The notes under the pieces are model-generated. The model searched no databases. It saw nothing but the letters and a program-made list of their open reading frames with translations, and was not told the DNA's origin. Below are positions 12,801 to 23,178 of a stretch of 64,000 nt of DNA, in pieces (position 1 is the stretch's first letter; every line of letters starts with the position of its first letter). This stretch comes from Phoronis australis. Taxonomy: Eukaryota > Animalia > Phoronida. The stretch covers positions 404,183 through 468,182 of the forward strand of contig NMRA01000135.1 of the NCBI GenBank assembly GCA_002633005.1, written 5' to 3'. The position numbers and the translations under genes are program-made.

Positions 12801-15800
12801 CTCTCACCATTGCCTGGGCAGCCTCTTCCTTCTCTCTCAGTTTTTGCCTCATGAGCGTTGACGGCGACCAAATATCAACGGCGTGCTTAAGATTGAGTCT
12901 GCAGCTGGGTGATACACGTTTTTCCGGGGGAACGTCCTGGTCATTAGAAGGCAAGTCAAGCTGCTTTCTCTTTCTGACTTTTGGAACATTTTGAACGCGC
13001 ACTTTTAAACATGTCCTGAACTCATAAACAAAGACTGCCGGTTTGTTGTTTTCTGGTGCAACGCCCAATCGTAGCAGATCTCTGTCATTCAGGGGGTGTG
13101 GTTTTAGTGGTTCCAATTTTTCATCATTGATGTAGCACCCATTTAAACTCTACAAATATTAAACCGTCTAATGTCACACATGTAGTTAGACAGTTTTGCT
13201 GATCTATGACAATGCAAAAGACAACCATGGCAAACATTTAGTACAGAATGACTGACAAATTTGATTTTAAAATGAATTTGATTTTAAAATGAAATCATAA
13301 GAGCTGCTAAATTTTACAAACATTGAGTAGGTGGCTTGGCAGAAGAATGAGAAAATTTAAAAAATCTTGACAAAAAACACAATGTTATTTATTTGTTAAG
13401 TGGATCACTGCAGTGAACATAAGCATTTAATGATGGCATACTTTAAATCACCTTCTATCAAACAATCAATTTTCAAATTGATTTAAAGCACTGGCAGTTA
13501 CAAAACGGGGAGAGATGTTCCCTAGATGCAGGACACTCACGAAGCACTTGCGGTGAGAAATCTTCGCTTTATGGAATGGAAACAGAGAACTCTATCCAAT
13601 AATTCAACATTCCGTCCTTATTGACCAATCACTTAATCAGTGGTCACTGCTTTTCTAGGGTATGCTAATACGTTCCCCTGCATACTACTTGCAAACGATT
13701 CGCCTTTCACTTGCCACACCATTTCACGTGGTCTTGAATGGTCTTGGTTTTTTGCAAGATTCGTGTGTACTACACAGTGCATCCCTGGTCTTAAACTTGT
13801 TCCTTCTCAGATGAGAAGTGAGTAAGGGCTTGGCAAGAACAGTCAGTTCATTACTGCCCAACCCTATGCTTATTTTAATATTATATTAAGAACACATATT
13901 CATTGCATAAAATGATTCGCAGGGTCAAGCCAACCAGTAAGTTAGCTAGGTCAATTCTTCCCCAACTCAAGTTTTTACTAACAAATGCAACATGGGTACA
14001 ACCCCAGTAGTACGTAGCAGCTTTAGTACATAGAAACATGACCACAACAGCCCCGTGAGGTGGCAAAACCAACTTAGCAATGATCTTGAGTTGGAAAGGG
14101 TGGGACAGTCATCAGCTTACTAACTCTCCAATTATCCACCACTGTGTTTACATGATATGGTGTTGTTCCAGAATGCCATCTGGTGGTGATTACAACCCAG
14201 AGAATGGCTGAGGTCCTAACTATGATCGCTGTGCTTTAAAAATTGCATCACACTGGTAGTAATAAAAGAGTGAGATAAGAACAGCCCTATCTTTTTCAAA
14301 AAGCTCTCATGGAATTTTGCATTAATGAAGGACAAAAGGGCAGATCCAGGATTTTTCAAAATGGGGGTCCAAGTCAACAATTTGAAAATTCTAGATTTCA
14401 TATCACTAAAATCAAGGATCGCTTATGCTTCAACAGTCAGGTATATTTACCTTATTATCTACAACTGTCCAAACTCCGTCACACTTTTGTAATACTGCGT
14501 GTTTTCTTGATATCATAGCATCAGGAATACACACTGTAGCTTCTTCTGATCTCCCAATAATGAGCTGCAAAGATGTGATATTGAATTGCATTCAACAACA
14601 TTAAGCTTTCAGTCAAAATGTAAATCCTTTATGAGGTGTTAGTCAAAGGAGTCCCTCTATGCTTGGCATGTTCATAGCAACTAATCTTTCATGACTCAGC
14701 AAGGGCAAGGTTTAATTTGACAAAAAAATGCAAATTCAGAGGTTTTAAAATGTGCCATCATCTCTGCTAGGACCAGCTGAAGACCAACCACCACAAGACA
14801 ACAGTTATCTCAATTCTAATATGAGCTAAACCTAAAAATACGGTTAAAAGTGTTAGAAAGGCCATTCATCCTCACCCAGTTGTAGGCAGTTCTACAAAGC
14901 GCTTTAAGGTTATGAAGGATCTAATCAGAAAGTCTGCGTTTAAAGACAAATATCTACAAAACTGCAGATTTTAACTCCGTGAAAGTATATATTTTTTAAA
15001 AGCAGAAAGCTGGTAGAATTAATTTTTATCTTTTTTACCAATCTCAGTGCCATTAATTAGGTCACATGGCCATGAATTTTAAATAAAATTTAGCAAAAAA
15101 ACAATCATGGTACAATAACTACACTGACAGGAGAACAGTGGTATCAATAATATTACCAAATTTCATTTAATATAAGAGTACAAGATGAAATCTCAAAAGA
15201 GTTTGTAAAGTTTTCTGTTTCATGGTTCTGCAAGTCAATGCTCCACAAACTTAGCAGTAGAAGAACTGTACAACAGTAACTTTCTTAACACCTGTAACCA
15301 ATTTGTTACTCAAAGAAGTTTTTAAACATTAATTTCATGTCAGGTTTTGCTTGGGCAGCTTGTTCTCATATCATTCCAAAGCTGTATATTTATACAGTTT
15401 TGCACCAAGTCTATCTAGCACACCAGACAGTACAACTGTCTGAACTGTGCTCACAAAGCTGACTCAGACACTTGCCATCTCACAGGCCCTCCACATGCCG
15501 CAAGCTTTTTGCAACGTTATGCTTTATACTGAATAAACCATCAGTTACATTGTTATAAGTACAATTCGAGCATAAGACAACTCTTGAGACTGCCAATGTT
15601 TTTGAATCCTTACACTTAAAACTTGAACAAAAACCTTGGTGATTAGGATTATTAAGATTTCTTTCTGAGACGTCTCTTCTTTCGTGAACGAACTCAGTGA
15701 CAAAAAAACAGTTTGCTCAGGTACAAGAATAGCGACCCTAGCTAACTCTGGTGGATCACCTGGTGATTTAATTGTTCAGTCCAGAGATTATAGAGTTCGA

Positions 15801-16486
15801 GCTAGATTTGACTAGAAATTTAATTTAAATGACAGGAGGATTTAAGATCAAACTGCCTACACACAATTGAAATGAAGAAAGGTACTTATTAGTACCTTTA
15901 GTCTGGGTTTAGCGAAATTTGTTGAAAAGTTTCCAGCTCACAGCAATGACTAGGAGGCACTGGTCAGATATTAAGCGGCCCCCGATTTAGAGAACCTGTT
16001 TCATCCACTAAGTAACGGGCCCGTTACTCAATGATTGTCTGGTTCTCTAAATCAGGGACAGCTATATCCGATCAGGGTTTGACTGGCGTGCGTTCAGTAA
16101 CGGTAGGACCTACGCTAGGACCTAGCTAAAATCTATCTAAAGTCACGTGTTCTCATTTAAAATACACAGCAATATCTCACATAATCTCCCGAAGTCTTGC
16201 TTTTTAGCGAGGTCATAGCGTTACTGAACAGGAGACTGGTATGTGCCACCGAATGTGTGCCTATCCGCTGCCCGCACGCCTGATCGTGCCTGCGAGCAGA
16301 AATGTTTTTTCGTCAGCACAGTGTGGCCATCTACCAGAAGGCCATTGTTGCGATTACTATTTGATCTCAATAAAACTTTAGCTTCACCACCTCTTGCTTC
16401 TTCTCCAAAGAAACAATTTGATCTTTCTTCCTAACTTTTGCAGTATAAGGGCCAACTTTTCTTAAACAACAGATCTCCGTTTCCAT
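811..16486 (-). CDS. RNF8: E3 ubiquitin ligase RNF8 homolog, 5' part (FHA domain + coiled coil); remaining exons including RING presumably beyond the window start
   Basis: Exons, all phase 0 with GT-AG ends: 16486-16391 (METEICCLRKVGP...KKQE), 14564-14451 (LIIGRSEEATVCIPDAMISRKHAVLQKCDGVWTVVDNK), 13149-12676 (SLNGCYINDEKLEPLKPHPLNDRDLLRLGVAPENNKPAVFVYEF...coiled coil), 906-811 (ERLDKERREFEEKMK...KEQ). The FHA hallmarks GR, SRxH and SLNG, plus CLRxVG and the LGVxxENxxxAxxxYE tail, match vertebrate RNF8 as I recall it. No RING is visible in the window. Confidence 0.88.
1053..2387. mobile_element. Non-autonomous hAT-like element remnant
   Basis: Right end ...ATGTTGAGCCCTG; subterminal CGGGCAAGT motifs near both ends; GTATACAG at 1053-1060 and 2380-2387 resembles an 8-bp TSD. 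The left TIR is not intact. Confidence 0.5.
4405..7017. mobile_element. Nested fragments of the non-autonomous DNA-transposon family seen at 17318-19513
   Basis: Shared blocks (TTCAG(C/T)C(G/T)GAACAA, ACTGTCGCTGTTCT, CCACCACAAnnTTTGGTAAGTTGATCG, AATGCGACCTGCAGCTC) at ~4410-4925 and ~6225-7010 also occur at ~18330-19500. Confidence 0.6.
5355..5780. mobile_element. MITE-like repeat with (TTAACCGCCCA)-type subrepeats, copy 1
   Basis: Closely similar to 7740-8016 (GGTAAGATTAACCGCCC...GGGCGTTAAC). Confidence 0.6.
7740..8016. mobile_element. MITE-like repeat copy 2, ending in TACGGTA (pogo/Tigger-like terminus)
   Basis: Similar to 5355-5640 and ends ...GTTTACGGTA. The superfamily assignment is an inference from that terminus. 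Confidence 0.55.
8038..8075 (-). terminator. Candidate polyadenylation signals for the OTU exon
   Basis: TTTATT (AATAAA on -) at 8038-8043 and 8070-8075, about 350-380 nt downstream of the OTU stop at 8422. Confidence 0.4.
8422..9198 (-). CDS. OTUD1: OTU-domain deubiquitinase, OTUD1-like; single long exon lacking its own usable ATG
   Basis: The frame is open from 9198 (after TAG at 9201-9199) to the stop at 8422. It contains QDAYL..YQVIPDGNCLFRAVS (catalytic D/C), DGEWGGY, LGGASDNPTVSTTVHYYG...SRP and WHSSGHYD (catalytic H), closely resembling OTUD1 (IPDGNCLYRAVS; GGRLESPTVSTMIHYLG; WLSNGHYD). The ORF-track start at 9168 is GTG, and the first in-frame ATG lies after the catalytic Cys. Confidence 0.85.
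   Translation of the reverse strand, partial: PGVCSKCSRHVFRSGDSLHRSSSYHSDFIEENDNNNHGGTNSSSGSSEPRLNEYEVQDAYLAKFNLRRYQVIPDGNCLFRAVSYSIYGTQEEHFNLRKQTMDYIERHLSDFRVFFEVPSDCADVKTNDWIVQQLRQLRKDGEWGGYESIMALSKLLRVNIFIALGGASDNPTVSTTVHYYGNIDISRPACVIAWHSSGHYDCVVDRRKVLARSQNYMDMVCPDARPPCHEFTDPVVRRRHSQTVSSHTLSTVSKLHLL
10014..12219 (+). mobile_element. Helentron-associated non-autonomous element (HINE/DINE-1/pearl-like) with internal ~140-bp tandem array
   Basis: Starts AACAAGAGCAACGTGGAGTGTTGAAATGCACCCAC, a terminus shared with copies at 29139, 39064 (-) and 39682 (-). It has internal tandem repeats, a GGAC-type short tract (~12158) and a terminal hairpin GCGTCCACATA-CAAA-TATGTGGGCGT followed by an A run. 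This architecture fits known HINE-type elements. Confidence 0.65.
15956..16075. mobile_element. Short palindromic MITE-like element (GGCACTGGTC-G/A-GAT end), copy in RNF8 intron 1
   Basis: Reverse-complement match to ~16850-16934; related fragments at ~33295-33356 and ~35071-35133. Confidence 0.55.
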
Positions 16487-16632
16487 TTTGAGAGCCCGCC
16501 TGTGAAATACGTCATAATATGTGTGTGTACACAGCTTTCCGTGACATGGTAGGAAAGAAATGTACATTGGGCATGCGCAAAAATCGTTCTCTTTGCAATC
16601 TGCCATTTTGCATTGCACAAGCACGTGTAAGT
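16487..16632. promoter_or_regulatory. Compact bidirectional promoter RNF8/FAU with FAU non-coding exon 1
   Basis: RNF8 ATG at 16486 (-). NRF1-like GCATGCGCA at 16571-16579. TCT/TOP-type initiator TCTCTTT at 16588-16594. YY1-like GCCATTTT at 16602-16609. GTAAGT donor at 16627, which would splice to the CCAG acceptor ending at 19724 just before the FAU ATG. Confidence 0.7.
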
Positions 16633-16799
16633 CCGCTTTTAAAATCACAGTTCTTATATCAATAAAACATTTTACACACGCCTTAGGATCGTTGAAGTTT
16701 ACCTTTGTTGTTTGTCTGTTACATGTATGTATTTTTATCCACGACGTGTAGGTGAAATGAAGTATTTTTGGTCCAAATTCTATGTTGATGTGATAGCTT

Positions 16800-16934
16800 C
16801 GGTCGGATGGCGCTGGTAAACCAAGTTGTAAATGTAAGGCCTAGTTTGGAGAACCAGGAACTCAATGAATAACGGACCCGTTATTTAATGGATGAAACTG
16901 TTTAAACCAGGGATCGCGCTATCCGACCAGTGCC
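16800..16934. mobile_element. Short palindromic MITE-like element, copy in FAU intron 1 (inverted relative to 15956-16075)
   Basis: GGTCGGAT...ATCCGACCAGTGCC ends, with internal TAACGGACCCGTTA. Confidence 0.55.
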
Positions 16935-17317
16935 GATAAGTTCACCAAGTCGAAGGTCAAGATCAGGATCAAGTCCTCGGCCTGGTTCTGTGTCTAGGTC
17001 ATTATGAATTAACTGTCTTGCTAGCCATTTACATTGATATTAAACATACACATTGTGATCTCAGGGGATCTTGCTTTTCTAGTGAGACAGTAGTGTTATT
17101 GCACTCTACCCGGAGCAACTGAGCAAAGTCAAAGATGGCATAGTGTCTAGTGTCAGTGGCAATCTAGTACAGCAGAGTTCATTAAGTGTGTGCTTGGCAG
17201 ACTTCGACACTTGGCATAGTTTTATAGTCAACCCGCCAAAAATTTCCCAGGCCACCAAATGAGAAGTGAGCTCACCTATAAACCAGGAAACCCATATCCA
17301 ACATTCAAAATAAAAAA

Positions 17318-19513
17318 CAGGGCTCGACGCTATTCAAATCGCCAGGTCGCATTTTGCGACCTAGCCAAAATCCCAGGTCGCATTTTCAAAATCCAGCTCG
17401 CATTCGTAAATGCCAGGTCGCAAAATTTTCCCGCCATTTTTACGCGCCAACATAGATTTTTTAGATCATCTAGAAAATGTTTAGATTATGCTCTTATCTG
17501 AAGCGTTAAATACTCACAAATTTCGGATCTCAAAATTGACTTCATTCATGCAGGTACGGCCTTACTGTTCTTCACGACCGCCATTGAAAGACTCTAGAGC
17601 GCAAGGCAAGTTGCCGGCGTGAAAGTTGAATCAGTGCTCTCTAACTGACTTGTGCATTGGAGTAGCTAAATTTGCGATGTGAAAAGGGAGAAAATGCCCG
17701 TTGAAAAAGTATCTGGGATTTTGTTAGATCTGGTCTGCTACTGGCCGTCATCAAAGTCGTTAACGATTCAAACTAACTCGGGTAATCGCGAGTTTGCTCT
17801 TCAATACTCTCCAAGTACGGGAAAAATAGGTCAGTCGCAAAACGACACGCACGTCACTAGTGTTAACTTTCTTTCCGAGGTATAAAATAAAGCCGGGATT
17901 TGGTTTTTACATATTGTGAAAAGACGTTTTTGAAAACTGAAGTTGTGTAAAATGAAAGTGACACACACCATATAAGCTGCGTGTCAATTTTAAACCACAC
18001 GCGGTCGTTTGTAGTGCGCAATGATGGGCGCTAGCTTGAACTGTGGGCGCTTAATTGGAAATTCTCAAAATTTAAGAGGGGACTTTTAATAGATCAGTGA
18101 GCGCTTATTATGAAACACTTTAAAGGTAGGGAGTAGGCTTGTGCGTGAGCATAGTCGTTAACCTCAGTGTTTGCGGTAATAAGATATTAAAACGCTGCAA
18201 TGGTAAGAAACGTTATAATAATACGATTTTGCGAGGCAAACTCCATCTGGTAGGGGTGACTTTCTGGATATCGTTACCATCTACATTGTACCCTTTTTAG
18301 CCACCCGGAATGATTTTTTTAACTGCCTGCTTCAGCCGGAACAAGGTTGTTTCTATAGGAGTCTGAACATTTTACGGCGACGGTGGTTCGGGGAGCGAAA
18401 AGTTGCCGGGGGGTGGGGGGGGGTTGTATAAAGAGAAGAATGAAGAGATCGCTAACTTCAACCACAATTTCGCATCTAGTGCCAGTTTAGTTGCAATAGC
18501 TGGCTACGGGCATAGAATACAGGGTTTACAGAACATCGACCTCGGGAAACATCGGAACAGGATAACCTTAGTTCTGGGTTATATCGGTCCCGGGACATCG
18601 GGTCTTTTATAACCGCTGGGAATCTGAGTTCATTTTCAAATAAACCAGAGCCAAGCCGGTATACTCTTTCATTTAGGACTGTCGCTGTTCTTTGAAGTGG
18701 TGCGCACGCGTGAGTTCACGTACTTGAATCGCTGGAGTAGGCCTACACTTTACGTTGGCAACAACGTGTGAAAGACAAATCATATTTCGCGCACGTAGCC
18801 CCAGAAACAAGTAAAGGGTTTGAGAATTTCTTGGCAACTGAAAGTAAAGACGTGACCGTCGTTTGGCGATTAATAAGGTTGTAATTTTCACTTTGGCTGT
18901 CTTAATACGATAAAAAGGAGAAGCACATCTCAGTCTAAGTCACGATTGTCTGCCGGGACCGCTTGCGCGCTAACGGTGCCGCAGTGCGATATCAGGGATA
19001 TTGTCGTGGATATTTGGTACATGTAATAAGGACATTTTATGTGAAAAATAAACATTTTTGTCCACCACAATGTTTGGTAAGTTGATCGCTTAAGAATTAA
19101 TAGAAACACCGTTGTTTTGTGAAGTTTTATCACGTGTTAAGCAGTGGCCCGAAACTTTCTTCCGCGAATCCGGGAATTTACAAAAGTGGCCGAAAGTGTT
19201 AGCCAATGAAACGCGTCAAAGATCGATTCTGTATATCCCATGTTCACGCGACATGCTTACAAGTCATCGGGAGGGCAGTTCTCGGTTAGTGTTCTTTTGA
19301 ACTTCTATTTGGCAACAACCAAATAACAGTCGGATTAACAAGACCTGATTCGTATTTGCCGGGTATCTGTTGAGAAGTGTAAAAACTCAGCTCGCATTCG
19401 TTGGAAATTCCAGGTCGCATTTTGCGACTTTATACGAGCTGACAAAAATCTCAGCTCGCATTTCCAAATTTCAGGTGGCAAATGCGACCTGCAGCTCGTT
19501 ATGTCGAGCCCTG
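17318..19513. mobile_element. ~2.2-kb non-autonomous hAT-like DNA transposon in FAU intron 1
   Basis: Perfect 11-bp TIRs CAGGGCTCGAC (17318) and GTCGAGCCCTG (ending 19513); subterminal CAGGTCGCATTTT/CAGCTCGCATT repeats at both ends; no transposase ORF; A-rich flanks without a clean 8-bp TSD. Confidence 0.75.
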
Positions 19514-19736
19514 AAAAAATGGGTCGTCTGGAACTATGCCCTGGTGGCAGTTTTTTAGTCTAATAGTAAAACGGAAATGTAGGGACTTCATGAGTTGTGC
19601 ACTGGATAGGCTGTTGGACTCCAATGGGGGAAATTGGTCGTTACTGAGCATGCCAGACCCAGTTTGACACCAAAGTATGGTCACTGCTGTTATGTTTCTC
19701 CATTTCTGTCTTGTACCATTCCAGGTAAAAGCCAAA

Positions 19737-22266
19737 ATGCAGCTATTTGTGTCTGGTCAACAGACCCACACCCTGGAGGTGACTGGTGAAGAAACTGTGT
19801 TTGATGTTAAGGTATGCGAAAATGTTGTTTTTGTCCATCACTTAGCCGAATCGTTTCCTTAATGTATGCAGTTGGGCCCACTTGTGCAAATTCAGAGTGT
19901 TCCATGTCTTGTGAAATTTTAGATTTCATCTATGGATCTTGGTAATCAAACTCCTCGGATAATTCAAAGGCTATTAAAGCCTGTTCAGACCTATGATCAG
20001 GTATTAATAATAATAACTTTACCATTGATCATTCTAAAGCAAAATAATGCTTTGTGACAGTCCTCAACCGTCAAAAAGGTTGGAGCAAAAGGTGAAACTC
20101 CTTTCAAAGTCTTCTTAATGGGCAAGCATGATCTATGTTTTTGGCGAGTTAAACGGTAACTGTGTGGGAAGACCACCCTCCAATAACCATAATATCTGTT
20201 TTGTAACACAGTGAGTGTTTTTAGTTAAATGCTGCTTTTAGTTATTACTCAAGTGAGATGCCAATAGTACAATGTTGAAATCGACAAAACGGTTTAATAT
20301 CCTATTAATGTATTCGTTAAGAGGCATTCAACTTTGTTGTAAGCACGTGGGTTGACTATTGTAATATAGGAAGACGAAGTTCTATGTATGTTGCACAAAT
20401 GGACTGGTTTGTGTTTGATGACATGTTTTGGTGCTGCAATTGCTTCTTTTGGTAAATGACAGGAGAATAGCTGAGTATAGTAATTGGCTGTAAGCTATTG
20501 TGAAACAGCCTAGCACTAAGTTATATTTAAAACTATTTCATGTATGAAACATCTTTTATGCGTCGTGACTAATTTTTTCTGTCTATGTCTCATTAGAACC
20601 ATTCACATGTTACTAGTGATAGGCCGATGGTCGATTATTGTTGAAAAATAATTTATAATATGATCAAAAGTCAAATGGATGAGCTTGATTTTGCTGTAAA
20701 AGTTGTTGCACAACTCAGCATAATTATAAATTGAATAGTCCTTATTACAAACTGTTTTTTGATATTTTCTGTTTCGTCGCTGTTTGTGTCCTTGTTGCAC
20801 AATCTGGCGTAATTATAGGCTCTATTGAATAGTTCTTACTACAAACTGTTTTTTGAGGTTTTCTGTTGTCACTATTTGTGTCCTTGTTTCACAATCTGAT
20901 GTAATTATAAGCTCTATTGTATAGTCCTTACTAAAAACTTTTCTATTTTTGTCACACAATTTATGCTGTTCATGTATAAGAATTGGTGATGTCACCTGAC
21001 CTAAACTCTCCTCCCCTGTCGTGTTGCTGTACACCTCCCCCTTCACTGAATATACAAGGTGGGAATGGTGGGATTCCTCGCAGTAATTGGTTATCTCTTT
21101 GGTTATTCTCACTTGTGAGTTGATACATGTCAATGCATGATGGTTGATATTGTGTATTTCAGAGCCGCCTAGCTGCCCTGGAGGGAATCCCAGTGAGTGA
21201 GCAAGTTCTTCTTCACTCTGGCCAACCCCTGGACAATGAGACGCTTCTGACTGGTGTGCCTGAGCTCTCTACTCTCAGCCTGACTGTCAAACTGCTCGGA
21301 GGTCAGTAGATATAGCAAGGGGAGCATGTCTGAGCTGTTGAGGCTGTGTTGTTGAGCTGTGCTTTTGCCCTGAACATTTGGAAGAATCAGTGATGTAGTC
21401 TTGCAAGTGACATGCTTAATACAGTTGATGTAAGAACGTTATGTCTTGTCAATACATTTACCGTCCTTGCAAATAAGTATTGTTATGTAGTTTTATTGAG
21501 AAGTGTTTTTAATTGTTTCATGGAACAAGGCACACTCCATTTTCAAGCCCTTAAAGGGCACAATCTCAGACCATCGTTTCATTTCTTAACTTTGTATGAT
21601 TTTGTGTCCTCTGTTCTTCTTTTGTGATTAAATTATGCTTTATCTTTGGCAGGCAAAGTCCACGGTTCTTTGGCCCGTGCTGGAAAAGTGAAGGGTCAGA
21701 CTCCCAAGGTGAGTATTAGTTGTAGTACTATTGTATGTTGAGATAAGGAGGTATTCTGAAAGGTAATGCAGATATGTTTTGGGTTTAATCTATACAGTAA
21801 GAGCAAGGCATTATTTTTAGGTATGCATTGCCCACCCACCTATATTTTTGTTTTGCTTCCCTAACCGAGCACCCATAATTTTTAACTACTTTGGATTCAT
21901 CCACACTCAATTTTTCCAATAGCCGGTAATATTTAATTTTGAACAAGAAAACAAGTGAGCATTTCTTTTTTGTTCTGATTATAACTACCCCCATTTTATT
22001 TCAAATGTATTTTATTTCAAATGTTCCCCGCTCTGTATTGATTCGATTGGATGGAACGGTCCAAATTTTGATTGAATTGTGTTATTGTCCCTTGCACTTT
22101 ATTGTTACATTTCGAAACATAAATTTTGTGTTCGTTCCAGGTTGAAAAACAAGAAAAGAAGAAAAAGAAGACTGGCCGTGCAAAGCGCAGAATCCAGTAC
22201 AACCGTCGCTTTGTCAACGTTGTGGCTACGTTTGGCAGGAGGAAGGGACCCAACTCCAACTCATAA
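19737..22266 (+). CDS. FAU: Ubiquitin-like FUBI - 40S ribosomal protein S30 fusion
   Basis: Exons 19737-19811 ([25 protein letters not shown]), 21163-21301 ([23 protein letters not shown]...KLLG), 21653-21708 ([19 protein letters not shown]), 22141-22266 ([41 protein letters not shown]). The LLGG|[12 protein letters not shown] cleavage junction is diagnostic. Confidence 0.98.
20700..20960. repeat. Degenerate ~90-bp tandem repeat (~2.5-3 copies) in FAU intron 2
   Basis: ATTGxATAGTxCTTAxTAxAAACT... recurs at ~20730, ~20824 and ~20916. Confidence 0.7.
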
Positions 22267-22312
22267 ATATATTTCTGTACAAACTGTCCTGTGGTGTATA
22301 ATTCATATTTAT

Positions 22313-22318
22313 AATAAA
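22313..22318 (+). terminator. FAU polyadenylation signal
   Basis: AATAAA about 47 nt after the stop codon, typical of short ribosomal-protein 3' UTRs. Confidence 0.75.
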
Positions 22319-23178
22319 TTGTGAAATTGTGCATCATTACACAGTGTTCAGTTTTGTTCGTAATACAAACGAATATTCCGGAATATAGTCCAGAGTACTA
22401 ACTGTTTACCATATCAGTTAAAAACATTTTTACTACAAGATGGCCTGTGCCTTTTTGTTAGCAATGGGTACTTTGTGTCCGTTTTCGTACTGACAATTTT
22501 CCTTTCAGGGAAGACCATCTTCCTTAAAACCTAATGAGGGTACACAAAATGAATTCCTTTTCTCATGAACTGCTGTGCTCGTCTTTAATTAATAATAGCA
22601 ACGATTCTGTACTCGTAAGATTTAAATGCAGAGTATTTTTTCTTTGTAAATTGCCCGTTCCCAGCTGTTGCATGTTTGAAATGTACCAAGCACTTGCAAC
22701 GTTTGCTTACTGTCCTATGTATAAGGAAAATAATGCTTTATAAAAAACTAGATATGGAAGATTAGATCCACTTGATAAAAGAATTGAAGTTTGGATTGGG
22801 AAAAAATAAATGGCATTGGAAAGGAAAGAGACCGCCATGCCATGCCATAACTGGGTCGTAAAGATTTTGTTGTGATGTTGATTACTTTTTAATACATTGC
22901 CTTAAGGCACTGTTGGATGTGAGGTTGGTCACCAAAAGAATTATGCTGCAACGGGTGATAAGTGGGAGCTGACTTAAGTTTGGAAACGCTGTTTACACTA
23001 CCGAGTAAGAGCTCCATGAAAAAAGTAGCAATCTGTAAAGTTTCTGCCCAAAGTTACAAAAGTGATGATTGTTGACAACGAGACACAAATCATTTTTTAA
23101 TAGAACTTTAAAATTCATGAAATTTACAACAAATATACAATCATAACTTAGGCTGTAGAACAACTGTTTGACTTGAGT

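Noticed and set aside
20410-21460. Intronic snoRNAs in FAU (TGATGA...CTGA at ~20417-20474; hairpins ending in ACA at ~21126 and ~21456)
   Set aside because: No clear H box, terminal stem or long rRNA complementarity is visible by eye. An Infernal/Rfam or snoReport scan would decide.
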